From an uncultured Candidatus Rokubacteria bacterium (lineage in GTDB: Bacteria > Methylomirabilota > Methylomirabilia > Rokubacteriales > CSP1-6), in the NCBI GenBank assembly GCA_963754315.1, contig CAVWFS010000011.1, forward strand, positions 128,001 to 192,000: DNA of 64,000 bases. The letters are read 5' to 3'. The notes under the pieces were generated by a model that was given only the letters and a program-made list of their open reading frames with translations, had not been told where the DNA came from and searched no databases. The translations under genes were made by a program, and so were the position numbers. Positions 23,959 through 36,856 of the stretch are shown here, piece after piece; the first letter of the stretch is position 1, and every line of letters starts with the position of its first letter.

Positions 23959-24904
23959 CGGAGGGGAAGCTGGCGGGTGGGCGCGGATGGGTCAGCTGCG
24001 GTGCCTCGTGGTCGATGTCGGCTGTCCAGATGGCGATCTCCTCGGGAGTCAGCGCCCCGTACGGGGCCATGCGTGCGTCCGCGTAGCCCCCCGCCTCCAC
24101 ATCGGGAAGGTATTGCTCGCGCGAAATCAGTGTTCCCTGACACAGCCCGGGGGTGCGTGGGTGATCGGGACGTAGGTCATCAGCCAGGCGGTCGAGGAGG
24201 ACGCCCATGACCCACCCGGGGACCTTGCGCCGCTCGTCCGGATACACGAAGCCGAACAGGATCAGGTGACTCAAGAGCACGCGCCAGTGCTCACCGAAGC
24301 GGTCGAGGAGTCGTCGCCAGCGGAAGCGATGCGCCTGGGCGCTGATGAGATGCGCTACGTCGGCGCCGTCGAAGCGCTCACGCTCCATGACGAAGCCCTT
24401 AGACCAGATCATTTCTTCGGGTGGCACCAAAGGCCGGATTTTTCCCAGCACAGGAGCCGGCACCGCGTGCTCGAACCACGCCTCGTCGACGGTGGCCAGG
24501 CCGTTGCCGGAGCTGAAGATGATGTCGACGCAATCGTGTCCTCCATAGACCTTGCCGAGCCAGTGCGGAAAGGTCAGCTCCGTGCGGTATCCGCGCTTCG
24601 CGAGGATCGCCAGGGCGCGTTCGTGATCCGTCGGGCGAACGAAGATGTCGAGGTCTTTCGTATCGCGCGTGATCCCGGTGTAACTGGCGAAGGCGTAGGC
24701 GCCGCCGACGAGAAAGGGCACGTCAGTGCTCTGGAGCCCCTGCATGACGGCACGGTAGAACGCGAGGGTTACTTTGGGGAGGGGCGCCGGCGGGGCTGGA
24801 CCCTCCGTCATCTGTATCGTTCTCAGTGTGCTCATGAGAGCCGTACCGTATTCACCCAGCGTGCCATCTGGCGATGTCCGCGCACCGACCTCAGCGACAC
24901 CCAT
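23936..24904 (-). CDS. Uncharacterised Pol-beta-superfamily nucleotidyltransferase
   Basis: LVGGAYA...TKDLDIF (GG plus DxD), VDIIFSSGNG, ERERFDGAD; start may be about 24835 or 24811. Confidence 0.87.
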   Translation of the reverse strand: MGVAEVGARTSPDGTLGEYGTALMSTLRTIQMTEGPAPPAPLPKVTLAFYRAVMQGLQSTDVPFLVGGAYAFASYTGITRDTKDLDIFVRPTDHERALAILAKRGYRTELTFPHWLGKVYGGHDCVDIIFSSGNGLATVDEAWFEHAVPAPVLGKIRPLVPPEEMIWSKGFVMERERFDGADVAHLISAQAHRFRWRRLLDRFGEHWRVLLSHLILFGFVYPDERRKVPGWVMGVLLDRLADDLRPDHPRTPGLCQGTLISREQYLPDVEAGGYADARMAPYGALTPEEIAIWTADIDHEAPQLTHPRPPASFPSDANRCRR

Positions 24905-24910
24905 TGACGG

Positions 24911-25711
24911 TCAACGCGGCCATTCGACGTTTGCCATTTCCAGTCGCCAGACCGGGCCATTCAAATACATCGCCCCCTCGAATCGCACGAAGGCTGGCAC
25001 TTCTCCCGTCACGAGCCAGTACCGGAGATCGGGCGGGTCCTTGCCAATGACGGGCGCGATCAGCCCCGCAAGCCCCTGCAGTTCGAGTTTGACAAGATGG
25101 CGTGTGGCTTTCTTGGCCGCCGGGCCCACTCGGACCTTGTCCTCTCCCTCCGCTGTCAGCTGGGCCTCGATGAGCCGCGGCTTCGGAGTGAACGCGGCGA
25201 TCTTCACGAGGGCCGGTGTTCCGCCGGGGAGGTTCTTGAGCAGGGTGAGGGTCAAGCCGTTATAGAGGTCGGCAGGCATGTCGAGCACACCGGTGGCAAC
25301 CTTCTCCTCGTCGCCTTTCTTCTCCTGGGTCCGCGCCTGGTACTGTCCGCTCTTGCGATCGAAGGAGATGGCGGCGGTCGGTAGCGACGGACCCTGCTGA
25401 AGATGGCGATAGGCCTCGAGGCGAAAAACGCCGGCCTGGGTAAAGGTCACCGTCTCGTCGAAGAGCGAGCCGTCACGAAACTGCAGAACGAGCCGACTCT
25501 CAATGGCATTTCCGACGGGCTTCTGGCGGAGCTCTCCGAAGGCGATCGGCGACCCTCCCGGCGGGGCCAGTACGAGGAATCCGCGGGCAACACCTTCCTT
25601 GAACCGCACCTTGATGGGCTCGGCGATGGACGGAGCGGGTCCAAGAACGAGCAGGAACACAAAGGCCAGAGACCCTATGGCCAAGGTCCCACCTGTTCGT
25701 CGCCGACGCAT
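24911..25711 (-). CDS. Exported hypothetical protein
   Basis: Signal peptide; beta-rich mature part; sits within the operon. Confidence 0.75.
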   Translation of the reverse strand: MRRRRTGGTLAIGSLAFVFLLVLGPAPSIAEPIKVRFKEGVARGFLVLAPPGGSPIAFGELRQKPVGNAIESRLVLQFRDGSLFDETVTFTQAGVFRLEAYRHLQQGPSLPTAAISFDRKSGQYQARTQEKKGDEEKVATGVLDMPADLYNGLTLTLLKNLPGGTPALVKIAAFTPKPRLIEAQLTAEGEDKVRVGPAAKKATRHLVKLELQGLAGLIAPVIGKDPPDLRYWLVTGEVPAFVRFEGAMYLNGPVWRLEMANVEWPR

Positions 25712-25741
25712 GCTGTGGGACGCTCCGTCGACGGCGGCCGC

Positions 25742-26209
25742 TCAGGCAGCCTGACGGGATCGTGAGGACGCGTTCGCTGTGGATGTCGCCACGCCAACCC
25801 GGTGGACATACACCATTTCTCCACCGAGCCATCCGGAGACACCCAGGAGGAGGACCCCCACGATGGAAAGCGTGAGGGGAATGGCGTCAGGTACGGCCAG
25901 GGCTAGGCGGATCCACGCGTTGACGGAAAAGAGAGCGACGAGGACGAGATTGAGCACCATGTGGATTGTGCCGAGCCGTTGAACCTGAGCTGTTCGGAGT
26001 GAGAACCAGTCGATAAACCCCGGAATGGCGGCGAGCAATGCCCCAGCAATGCCCCCCACCATCGTATAGAGCGCAGCATTCTTCCAGTTCGGGCTTCCCC
26101 AGACCAGGGCGATGATGTCCGACGCGAGTGAGAAGACCCAGAGACCTATTGGGAAAGCCACCAGGATCGGATGAATTGGGTGCCGGGCAATACTCGCTGG
26201 CGTACTCAT
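25742..26209 (-). CDS. DUF2231-family membrane protein
   Basis: HPIHPILVAFPIG, GFIDW, HMVLN, GWLGGEMVY. Confidence 0.88.
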   Translation of the reverse strand: MSTPASIARHPIHPILVAFPIGLWVFSLASDIIALVWGSPNWKNAALYTMVGGIAGALLAAIPGFIDWFSLRTAQVQRLGTIHMVLNLVLVALFSVNAWIRLALAVPDAIPLTLSIVGVLLLGVSGWLGGEMVYVHRVGVATSTANASSRSRQAA

Positions 26210-26223
26210 GGCCAATCGAAGGT

Positions 26224-26238
26224 GCAACCCAAGTGCCA
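26224..26238 (-). promoter_or_regulatory. sigma-54 -24/-12 promoter
   Basis: TGGCACTTGGGTTGC(A) at the head of the 26209-to-15979 minus-strand gene run. Confidence 0.75.
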
Positions 26239-26417
26239 GCGAGCGCGTTCTTGACAGGAGCCCGTGCCACGGCGCGTGCGAGCCATGCTGAGCCACGCCA
26301 CGCCGGGAGTCAGGCGGCCATTGCTATCAGGGGGTACTTTCTACAAAACGCCTCCCCGAACCGTAGTTGATCTCTTCGTCGCGAGCGGTAATCTGGCGCG
26401 CTCGAGGCATGTTGTGA

Positions 26418-26432
26418 TGGCACCGGTATTGC
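26418..26432 (+). promoter_or_regulatory. sigma-54 -24/-12 promoter
   Basis: TGGCACCGGTATTGC, divergent partner of 26224. Confidence 0.75.
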
Positions 26433-26484
26433 GGCTCCCGCCGGCATGACCCAACGTTCTTCCTCACACGACAAGGCGAAGCAG

Positions 26485-26876
26485 ATGGCGCGGAATCAAA
26501 GACTTGTCCTTATGGTGGTCCTGGCATTGACCGTGTGCCTTCCTCATGCGTATTCGAGACAGCCCGAGTTGGTGCTGAGTCCCAATGGGAGGCTGAGCGC
26601 CAGCAAGCCGCGAAGCTTCGCATGGTGGAAGGCAGAGTCACGAAGGTGGAAGCGGGCACGCTGGCGATCGCATGGGGTCCGTTTGGCGTCTTCAGCAAGA
26701 CGCTTGAGGTAGGAGGAGAGACGCGCATTCGCGTCATTGGTCGGCCGGCCACCATAGAGGACATTCGCGAGGGCGCTACGATCAGAGCTGGCTACCAGAG
26801 CGCTTCGGGTCGGAACATCGCCAAGACTGTCGACATGGTGCTGGCGCCAATCGTCAGCGCCCGCGCGGCACCATGA
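26485..26876 (+). CDS. Small exported protein (OB-fold/DUF5666-like), apparent frameshift near 26540
   Basis: Signal-like MARNQRLVLMVVLALTVC in one frame; VEGRVTKVE...IREGATIRAGY in another. Confidence 0.55.
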
Positions 26877-26989
26877 GCCCTTGAGGAGAGAGGCCCCCCC
26901 ACGTCGAACCGGCCGCGATAGAGTGGTAGGATGCGAGCGCTGCTTGGGGGTCATGCGATGAGGCCGCTCAAGACCCAGCGTGGGCGGTC

Positions 26990-29224
26990 ATGCCGGGCGT
27001 GACGGTGGGGAGGTTCTCGCGGCTTCGTCTACGAACCTCGCTGGTTGCTCTGGTAGCCCTGTCTCTGCTTCCGGCCATGCTGTTCAGTGGTCTCGTCGTC
27101 CGCGAACTGTGGCGTCAGCAGGTCAACGAAGTCGGGGAGACGCTGCGCGGGACGAACGCGGCGCTCGTGATCGCGGTCGACAGCGAACTGGCCAGCACGA
27201 TCAGAACCTTGCGCGCCATCGCAGAATTGCCCGCGTTCGAGAAGGGGGCCTTGCCCGACATCCACGCCGAGCACCAGCGCCTCTTGCTCCTTCAACCCGC
27301 CTGGAGCGCCATCGCCTTGCTGGCGGCGGACGGCACCCCCCTGAGCGACACGCGAGTCCCTCTGGGCACACCACTGACCAGCGTTGCTGACCGACGACAC
27401 ATTGCCCGGGTCGGCGTTTCACTGAGCCCGGCCGTCTCGGATGTCTTCCTGGACGGGGCGAGAGCGTATGTGGTGGACGTGGCCGTCCCGGTCCTCCGTG
27501 ACGGCCGCCTGAGAAACATCCTCTTGGCCTCCTTGCGGCTCGATCGGCTCCGGGAATTGTTCCTCACCTCTGACGTCGTGCCGATGGAAGGGGTGGCGGC
27601 CATTCTGGACTCCCAGCTCCGTTTCGTGGCCCGTACCCGGGACCCGGAGCGACAGATCGGGCAGAGCGCGACACCAGAACTTGCGGCGCTCCTGCAGTCG
27701 ACCGCCCGGGGATTTGGCCGGTACAAGACGCTCGAGGGGGACGATGTGTACACGGCCTGGATGCCAACGGCGCACGGGTGGCGTGTGTCACTCGGCATTC
27801 CGGCCGAGCCGATGGATGGCGCGCTTCGTCACTCGCTTCTCTGGATGCTCGTGGCGGGCCTCGCGGCTTTTGGCCTCAGCATGGCGGCCGCCCTTGGGTG
27901 GAGCGCGCGCCTGGGTGGAACGATCAGCCGAGCAGCGGCCTCGGCTGCTCGCCTGGGCACGGGCGAGCCGCCCGGCCGGGCCTCGTCGGCCATTGAGGAG
28001 CTTCATGCCTTGCAGGCTGCGCATCTCGACGTCGACGCTCGTCTTCGCCATGAGCATGAAGAGCGCCAGCGTTCCGAGGCGGAGCGAGTTCGACTCCTGG
28101 CGATTGCCGAGGTGGCGCGAGCCGAAGCGGAGCGAACGAACCGCGCCAAGGATGAATTCCTGGCCATGCTCGGCCATGAACTGCGCAATCCGCTGGCCGC
28201 CATCGCGCACGCCGCGGCGGTCCTCGATCTGACGGACAAGACGGACACTCGGGCAGCGGCGGCCCGCCAGATCCTGCAACGGCAGGTTCGTCACCTGGCC
28301 CGTATCGTGGACGATCTGCTCGACGTTGCGCGCATGACTACGGGCCAGATCCTTCTCGAGTTGCGGCCACTCAACCTGGCCCAGTCCGTGGAAAAGTGTC
28401 TCACCAGCCTGGCCGAACAGCTTCGGGGCCGTCGCGTCGTGCCGATGCTCACGCCCGTCTGGGTTCAGGCTGACGAGACTCGGATCGAGCAGATCGTGAG
28501 CAATCTGCTGACGAACGCGCTCAAGTACACCCCCGCGGACAAGAGCATCCGGGTCATTGTGGCCCGCGAGGACAGGGAAGCGGTCCTCCGCGTGGAGGAC
28601 GAAGGAACGGGCATTCCGGCCTCGCTGCTGCCGCATGTGTTCGATCTGTTCGTCCAGGGCCGGCGCACGGCCGATCGGCGCATTGGTGGCCTGGGCTTGG
28701 GACTCACCTTGGTGCGACGCCTGGTGGAGCTACACGGTGGTCGCATCGAAGCCGTCAGCCCCGGCACCGATCGGGGCAGCACGTTCACCGTGTGGCTTCC
28801 CGAGCATGCGCCGCCGGCGGTTGTCGAGCCGCCGATGGTAGGCGGGCTGGCGCCGAAGCCGCGCCGCGTGCTCATCGTCGAAGACAATGCCGACGCGCGC
28901 GCCATGTTGCGGACGTTGCTCGAAGCCGAAGGTCACAAAGTGCACGAGGCTGCGGATGGTCTGACGGGCGTGGAGGCCGCCCTTCGACTCGACGTGGACG
29001 TGGCTCTGATCGACCTGGGCCTACCGGGCATCGACGGATACGAGGTCGCACGCCGTGTCCGTTCCCACGGCCTCGGCATCCGGCTCATTTCGCTGAGTGG
29101 ATACGGACAACCAGAAGACTACGCGCGAGCGAAAGAGGCAGGCTTCGACGCGTCGTTCGTCAAGCCGGTGAGCCCTGAGACCCTCCACGAAGCCGTCGCG
29201 CTGCGAACCGAGCGGAGCGGCTAG
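26990..29224 (+). CDS. Membrane hybrid histidine kinase (Cache-like sensor-HisKA-HATPase-REC)
   Basis: Two TM segments; FLAMLGHELRNPL; GGLGLGL; LIDLGLPGIDG. Confidence 0.93.
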   Translation: MPGVTVGRFSRLRLRTSLVALVALSLLPAMLFSGLVVRELWRQQVNEVGETLRGTNAALVIAVDSELASTIRTLRAIAELPAFEKGALPDIHAEHQRLLLLQPAWSAIALLAADGTPLSDTRVPLGTPLTSVADRRHIARVGVSLSPAVSDVFLDGARAYVVDVAVPVLRDGRLRNILLASLRLDRLRELFLTSDVVPMEGVAAILDSQLRFVARTRDPERQIGQSATPELAALLQSTARGFGRYKTLEGDDVYTAWMPTAHGWRVSLGIPAEPMDGALRHSLLWMLVAGLAAFGLSMAAALGWSARLGGTISRAAASAARLGTGEPPGRASSAIEELHALQAAHLDVDARLRHEHEERQRSEAERVRLLAIAEVARAEAERTNRAKDEFLAMLGHELRNPLAAIAHAAAVLDLTDKTDTRAAAARQILQRQVRHLARIVDDLLDVARMTTGQILLELRPLNLAQSVEKCLTSLAEQLRGRRVVPMLTPVWVQADETRIEQIVSNLLTNALKYTPADKSIRVIVAREDREAVLRVEDEGTGIPASLLPHVFDLFVQGRRTADRRIGGLGLGLTLVRRLVELHGGRIEAVSPGTDRGSTFTVWLPEHAPPAVVEPPMVGGLAPKPRRVLIVEDNADARAMLRTLLEAEGHKVHEAADGLTGVEAALRLDVDVALIDLGLPGIDGYEVARRVRSHGLGIRLISLSGYGQPEDYARAKEAGFDASFVKPVSPETLHEAVALRTERSG

Positions 29225-29238
29225 GTTCGAACGCTCGG

Positions 29239-29445
29239 CTACCGCAGGGGGGCTTGCTCGCGAATGTCTCCCAGCACGTGGTGCTTGCTCGGGAATGCCT
29301 CCCAGCAATCCACATGGTACTGACGTCCGAGGAGTCGGTAGCGCCCAGCCCCGACGGGAATGGACTCGCCGCACCACGAGCAGGCCAGGACCGGGGAATG
29401 ACTCTGCTGCTGCTCGACGGTGACCGCGGCAGAGAAGATTGACAT
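29239..29445 (-). CDS. 68-aa putative zinc-finger protein (CxxC...HxxC)
   Basis: GGGAGG RBS; ACSWCGESI...YHVDCW. Confidence 0.6.
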   Translation of the reverse strand: MSIFSAAVTVEQQQSHSPVLACSWCGESIPVGAGRYRLLGRQYHVDCWEAFPSKHHVLGDIREQAPLR

Positions 29446-29617
29446 AGAAGCCTCCCGGGATTTCAGCGCATTTTCTACAATTGGTCGGACGCCTCGCGCG
29501 AGGGTGCCAGCTCCGGACCGCCCGCGTCCCTTGGAATTAGGCCGGGAATCGTCACGGATGGCTCGATGCACCCCACAGGACGGTCCGGTTGGCAAGGTAT
29601 CCACGCTGTGCGGAGCT

Positions 29618-29632
29618 GCAATGGCAGTGCCG
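29618..29632 (-). promoter_or_regulatory. sigma-54 -24/-12 promoter
   Basis: CGGCACTGCCATTGC(A), oriented toward the 29445 gene. Confidence 0.6.
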
Positions 29633-29676
29633 GGCAGATGACCGCTTCGGCATGAAAATTGGACCCGCCTTCTCGC

Positions 29677-30933
29677 ATGCGTAGACTCAAGGCCGCCGCC
29701 CTATGTCTGATCGGGATCCTGGTCTTCCTGAGCGCCGCCTGCGCGCGGGTGCGACCGCATTTCTCGCTCCCCGAAGTCGAGCTCGGAGATCCATCCTTTT
29801 ACCCCACCTTGCAAGCCTATGCGGGTGCGCCGATCGTGGAAGGCAATCACGTCACCATCCTCCTGAATGGCGACCAGATCTTTCCTGCCGTGCTCCAGGA
29901 GATTCGGGCGGCGCGGGAGTCGATCGCGTACGCCCAGTATTTTTACGAGGACGGGCCGATCGCGCGCGCGGTGGCCGAGGCGCTCGCCGAGCGATGCCAG
30001 GCCGGCGTGAAGGTTCACGTCCTGCTCGATGGAGTGGGCACCCTCTTCATGCCGGTCGAATACCAGGACCTCATGCGGCAATCCGGGTGTCAAGTCCAGG
30101 CGTTCCGGCCGGTCAGGCCCTGGTCCCTTCACAAAGCGAACTATCGCAACCACCGGCGACTGCTGGTCGTAGACGGTAAGATCGGCTTCACTGGGGGCTC
30201 CGGCGTCAGCAAGAAGTGGATGGGGGACGGGCGCACGAAGGATCATTGGCGGGACACGGACATCCGGGTGGAAGGTCCGGCAGTCGAGTGGTTGCAAGCA
30301 GCCTTCGTCGAGAACTGGCTCGAGGTGACCGGGGTGGCGCTGGGCGGCCAGGCGTATTTCCCCCGCCCCAATCCGCCCCGGGGCTCCGTCCTCGTCCAGG
30401 TTGTGCGCAGCTCCCCCGCTGGCGGCGACTCGGCAATGTACACGACCCTCCTGCTCGCCCTTTCCTCGGCTCGACGCTCGATCAGGATCACCAACCCCTA
30501 CTTCATGCTCGACGAAGCCATGACCGAGACCTTGCTCAAGCGAATTCGGGCCGGAGTCAGCGTGGAGGTGCTGTCCCCAGGCGCCATCGACCATCAACTC
30601 GTCCGACAGGCGAGCCGCGCCACCTGGGGGGATCTCCTGCGCGGGGGTGTCCGTTTCTACGAATACAAGCCGGCGCTCTTGCACGCCAAGACCATCGTCA
30701 TCGACGGAGTATGGGCGACGGTCGGGAGCACGAACCTCGACAACCGCTCGTTTGCCTTGAACGAAGAGCTGAACGTGGTGACCTACGATCGCGCGGTAGC
30801 CGCGCGGCTGGAGGCCATCTTCAGCGAGGATGTGGCGCACGCGGAGCGGGTGACCTACGAACGCTGGAAAGACCGTGGCCTCAAAGCTCGGCTCGTCGAG
30901 CTCGTCGTGATCCCTCTTCGCGATCAGTTTTAG
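29677..30933 (+). CDS. cls: Cardiolipin synthase (PLD family)
   Basis: RNHRRLLVVDG (first HKD has K to R), HAKTIVIDG...GSTNLDNRS. Confidence 0.88.
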   Translation: MRRLKAAALCLIGILVFLSAACARVRPHFSLPEVELGDPSFYPTLQAYAGAPIVEGNHVTILLNGDQIFPAVLQEIRAARESIAYAQYFYEDGPIARAVAEALAERCQAGVKVHVLLDGVGTLFMPVEYQDLMRQSGCQVQAFRPVRPWSLHKANYRNHRRLLVVDGKIGFTGGSGVSKKWMGDGRTKDHWRDTDIRVEGPAVEWLQAAFVENWLEVTGVALGGQAYFPRPNPPRGSVLVQVVRSSPAGGDSAMYTTLLLALSSARRSIRITNPYFMLDEAMTETLLKRIRAGVSVEVLSPGAIDHQLVRQASRATWGDLLRGGVRFYEYKPALLHAKTIVIDGVWATVGSTNLDNRSFALNEELNVVTYDRAVAARLEAIFSEDVAHAERVTYERWKDRGLKARLVELVVIPLRDQF

Positions 30934-30953
30934 CTGTGAATGTGATCAGACCG

Positions 30954-32744
30954 TCAGGAGGAGCCGACGGGCACCGTCGACTCGGCTTTGGGCCGAAGGG
31001 GTGTCAGCCCATATAGCTGGTCCCGGCTTTCCTGCAAGGTAGCCCCCACAGCGTCAGCACCGGCTGCGAGCAGCGCTTCCGCGCCCTCCCCACCCAAGCC
31101 CGGAGGCCCCCAGCGGCCGACCAGTATTTTCAGATCCGGAAACGCAGCCCGCAGCTTCTTGCACAGGTATTTCGCGTGTGTGAGGCCACCGGGAGGGAGG
31201 GCGACCAAGCACACGGCAGGGTATGCGTGCTCCTTGACGAGAGCGACGACCTCCGACGAGAGGGTCCGGCTGGATGAGACGTCGAGAGTGACGCGGGTCG
31301 AGTCGAGAAGCGGCGCCCACATTCGCAATGCAATCTCGTCAGCCTCGCCACGAGCGGGACAGCCGAGCACGGTGAGGGAAGCGGTGCCTCTCGCCAGGTC
31401 GGGAGGGACCGAGGCCTGCGGGCTCGAGCTGGACTGAAGGTCGTCGAGGATGGCCGCCGTGCCCCGCAGCACGTTCTGCTCTTGCACCGACGACAGCTCT
31501 CCCGCATCGCGCCGAACATAGTTGAGCGCGGGCAGCATGACGGTGTCGTACGCGGTAGCGGGATCGGAACCTTCCAGAACGGCCTCGACGATCGCGGTGG
31601 CCTCGTCATGATCGTCGGCGAGGAGACGCTGATAGTAGGCAACGTCGGTGCTGAGAGCCGGCTGGTCACCCAGGAGCGTCGCGAGAAACTCCATGCTCGG
31701 AACATGACGGGCCAGCACCACGAGGCAGACCGTGAGCGGCGTCGCCATGAGCAGTCCGGCCGGCCCCCAGATCCATGTCCAGAAGGCGAAAGCGACCAGC
31801 AAGCCGACCTGAGAGACACCAGCCGCGCCCGCATAGAGGAGCGTCTCCAGTACGATGTTGGTGAACAGCTCGAAGACCAGGAACAGCGCTGCCACGAGCA
31901 AGGGGCGCACCCACCCGGGGAACACGGCCAGACTGAGGGTAACGGGAGCCAAGGCAGCGATCCAGGGACCGATGTAGGGGACGAACCGGAGCATCGCAGC
32001 CAGGAGGCCCCAGAGCACCGCGTGCGGAACACCCAGGAGTGCCAGGCCAATTCCAATGCCCAGCCCAAAGATCCCGTTGATGATGGATTGCCGGAACAGA
32101 TACCGGCTGATGCGCGAGCCCGCCTCGTCGAGCGCCGTGGTGGCGCGGCTGACCCGGCCGGAACCCACCAGGCTGATGACGCGGTTGCGAAGCTCCTGTT
32201 GTTCGAGGAGCATGAACACGGCCAGGATGACCACGAGGCCCGCGGTGGCGAGCGCGTCAAGGAGAGGGCCAACCGCGGTGGGAAATCTCCAGAGAACGGA
32301 GGGTTCCTCGACCGTCTTGACCGCGACCGGTTTCTCGCGCCCTTTGGGGGAGGCTTCGCTCTCGATGGCTTCCTTGATGTCCTTGACCGTTTCCTGCACC
32401 TTCTCGACTGCGCTTCCCCTGCTCGCGCCGCGCAGGTCGACGATCCGTTGACGAATGGTGTGACGATAGGTGGGGAGCTCGTGGGCGAGCGCCCGCAGTT
32501 CGCCGGCCACGCTCCACGCAATGGCCCCCATCGCCGAGAAGATCAAGGCGACAGCGACGAGCACGGCCGCCACCCGCCCGAGGTATCGCTGCAGGAAGGT
32601 AACGACGGGACTCAGGAGAAACGTGAAGAGACCTGCCAGGGCGATCGGCACCAGGATCGCTTGACCGAAGTAGAGGATGCCGACCATCAGGACAATGGCC
32701 GCTACCTGTAACCAGGGGCCGAGCCGCTTGACGAGGTTGTTCAT
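30954..32744 (-). CDS. AI-2E family transporter with C-terminal alpha/beta domain
   Basis: LVPIALA, ELRNRVI, RISRYL, LRFVPYIG, WGPAGLLMATPLT. Confidence 0.92.
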   Translation of the reverse strand: MNNLVKRLGPWLQVAAIVLMVGILYFGQAILVPIALAGLFTFLLSPVVTFLQRYLGRVAAVLVAVALIFSAMGAIAWSVAGELRALAHELPTYRHTIRQRIVDLRGASRGSAVEKVQETVKDIKEAIESEASPKGREKPVAVKTVEEPSVLWRFPTAVGPLLDALATAGLVVILAVFMLLEQQELRNRVISLVGSGRVSRATTALDEAGSRISRYLFRQSIINGIFGLGIGIGLALLGVPHAVLWGLLAAMLRFVPYIGPWIAALAPVTLSLAVFPGWVRPLLVAALFLVFELFTNIVLETLLYAGAAGVSQVGLLVAFAFWTWIWGPAGLLMATPLTVCLVVLARHVPSMEFLATLLGDQPALSTDVAYYQRLLADDHDEATAIVEAVLEGSDPATAYDTVMLPALNYVRRDAGELSSVQEQNVLRGTAAILDDLQSSSSPQASVPPDLARGTASLTVLGCPARGEADEIALRMWAPLLDSTRVTLDVSSSRTLSSEVVALVKEHAYPAVCLVALPPGGLTHAKYLCKKLRAAFPDLKILVGRWGPPGLGGEGAEALLAAGADAVGATLQESRDQLYGLTPLRPKAESTVPVGSS

Positions 32745-32751
32745 GAAGGTA

Positions 32752-34538
32752 TCAGGCCACGCGCGCTGACTCGGCCTCGAGCTCCGGCCGCCCGGCCATG
32801 CTCTGGGCAAGCTGAACCCACGGGATCAAGAGATCTCGAGCTTCGAGAAGGCTCGTCACCACGATGTCGGCGCCCGCCTCCAGCAACGACTCGCGCTGGG
32901 GCTCACCGACACCCCGACCCGCGAAGGATCCCGCCACGATCTTGAGCGTGGGCGAGTGACGTCGAAGACGCTTGCAGAGGTAGCGTAACTGGGCCTGCCC
33001 TCCAGGCTGCAGGATTCCCACCACCGCGATCGGAGCCTGCCGCTGCAGAGCCAGAGCCACCGCTTCGGAGGACAGGAGCTCGGCCGAGGCAATCTCGAGA
33101 TCGACGCCCACCGGAGCCAGCACCTGCTTCAGCATCGGCAGCGGCAGCTCGTCGAAGCCATCATGGACCGGAAAGGCCACGACGGGAACCCGCCCTCGCG
33201 GCTCAGCGTCCACCGGCGGATCTGCCTCCTCCAGCTCCCGCACGATGCGGCGGGCAGCGCGCAAGACGACCTGCTCGTCGGCCTCGCTCAGTGCCCCTCG
33301 CCCTCGGTCAGCTTTGGCCTCGGACAGAGCAGGAAGGAGCACATCGTCGTAGACGTCGTGAGGCGAGTGGGTCGAGGAGTATTCCTCCACCAGGTCAGTG
33401 GCTTCCTCCTGATCCCCGGCCAGGAGGCGCTGATAGACGCGGAGCGCCGGGGGCAGCGCCGGCTCGCGGCCGATGAGTACCGCGATGTATTGCAGCTCGG
33501 GGACGTGACGACCGAGCACGATCAGACAGACGGTGAGCGGGGTGGCGATGATCAGCCCTACCGGGCCCCACAGCCACGTCCACAGCGCGATCCCTATCAC
33601 GAGAGCCACTCGCGAGACACCAGCGCTATGGCCATAGAGCAGCGGCTCCAGCCCGAAGGTGCAAGCCACAGCCAGGGCGAGGAACAGAGCGACAGTGAGC
33701 AGTGGTTGCCACCACCCCGTGGAGGTCGCGACCGAGAAGAGGCTCGGAAGGGCAAGCGCGATCCAGAAGCCGACGAACGGCACGAAGCGAAGGACCGCGG
33801 CCAGCACTCCCCACACGAGGGCGTAGGGCACGCCAAGCGCGAAGAGACCAATGCCCGCGCAGACCCCGAAACTCAAGTTGAGCACGGCCTGGGACAGCAG
33901 ATAGCGGCTGATGCGCCGGCTTGCCTCGTCCATGGCCTTCGTGGTCATTGCCAATCGACCAGAACCTACCAGTCGAATCAGCCGGTTTCGCAGCTCCTGG
34001 CGTTCGAGCAGCATGAAGACGAGGAGGAGTGTCACCAAACCGACCGAGCCGAGCAGTGTTATCAGCCCGGCGAACGGGATGAGCGGGCCGGGAGGGCCTT
34101 GCACGATGACGGGAGGTGGAGCCTCGGCTCCGGGGCGTATCTCGGCCAGGAGCTCGTCGAGGGTGGCTTGCAACTCGCTGACCCCCTGACCACTCGAGGC
34201 GCGCCTGAGCTCGGCCACACGCTGACGGAGCTGGGCCCGATAGTGTGGCAGCTCCTGCGCAAACGATGTGATCTGGCGCGTTACCGTCCACGCCACCACC
34301 CCGACCGTCGCCCACAAGGACACGATGACGATCACAACCGCCGTCAGGCGTCCCACGCGGCGCTCGAGCGCGCCCACCACCGGCCCCAGCACGAAGGCTA
34401 GCAGGATGGCGAGGGCAATGGGAATGAGAATGGGCTGCGCGATGTGGAGCGCGCCCAATGTCAGGAGCACGGCGATCACCACGGTGGCACGCGGGGCAAT
34501 CCGACGCCCAGCCATGCCGCGTGGCTCAGTCGATGCCT

Positions 34539-34542
<4 letters not shown>
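32752..34542 (-). CDS. AI-2E family transporter, tandem paralog
   Basis: Same motif series ([34 protein letters not shown]). Confidence 0.92.
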
Positions 34543-36761
<2,219 letters not shown>

Positions 36762-36818
36762 GACTGGGCGTTTTCTGCGGGCGGCGCCGGCGAGCAGGTC
36801 ATCAACGCGTAGTCTACC

Positions 36819-36851
36819 CGGGGCGAGGCGCCAGATCGACGCCTCGCCCCG
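36819..36851. terminator. Hairpin with 12-bp perfect stem between the microprotein and glgX
   Basis: cggggcgaggcg-ccagatcga-cgcctcgccccg; no U-tract. Confidence 0.5.
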
Positions 36852-36856
36852 TCCAG

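Noticed and set aside
20309..24904. CBASS/Pycsar-type anti-phage system
   Set aside because: The NTase lacks recognisable CD-NTase features, no Cap effectors or ancillary genes are present, the cyclase is the common TolB-linked type, and the context is stress genes.
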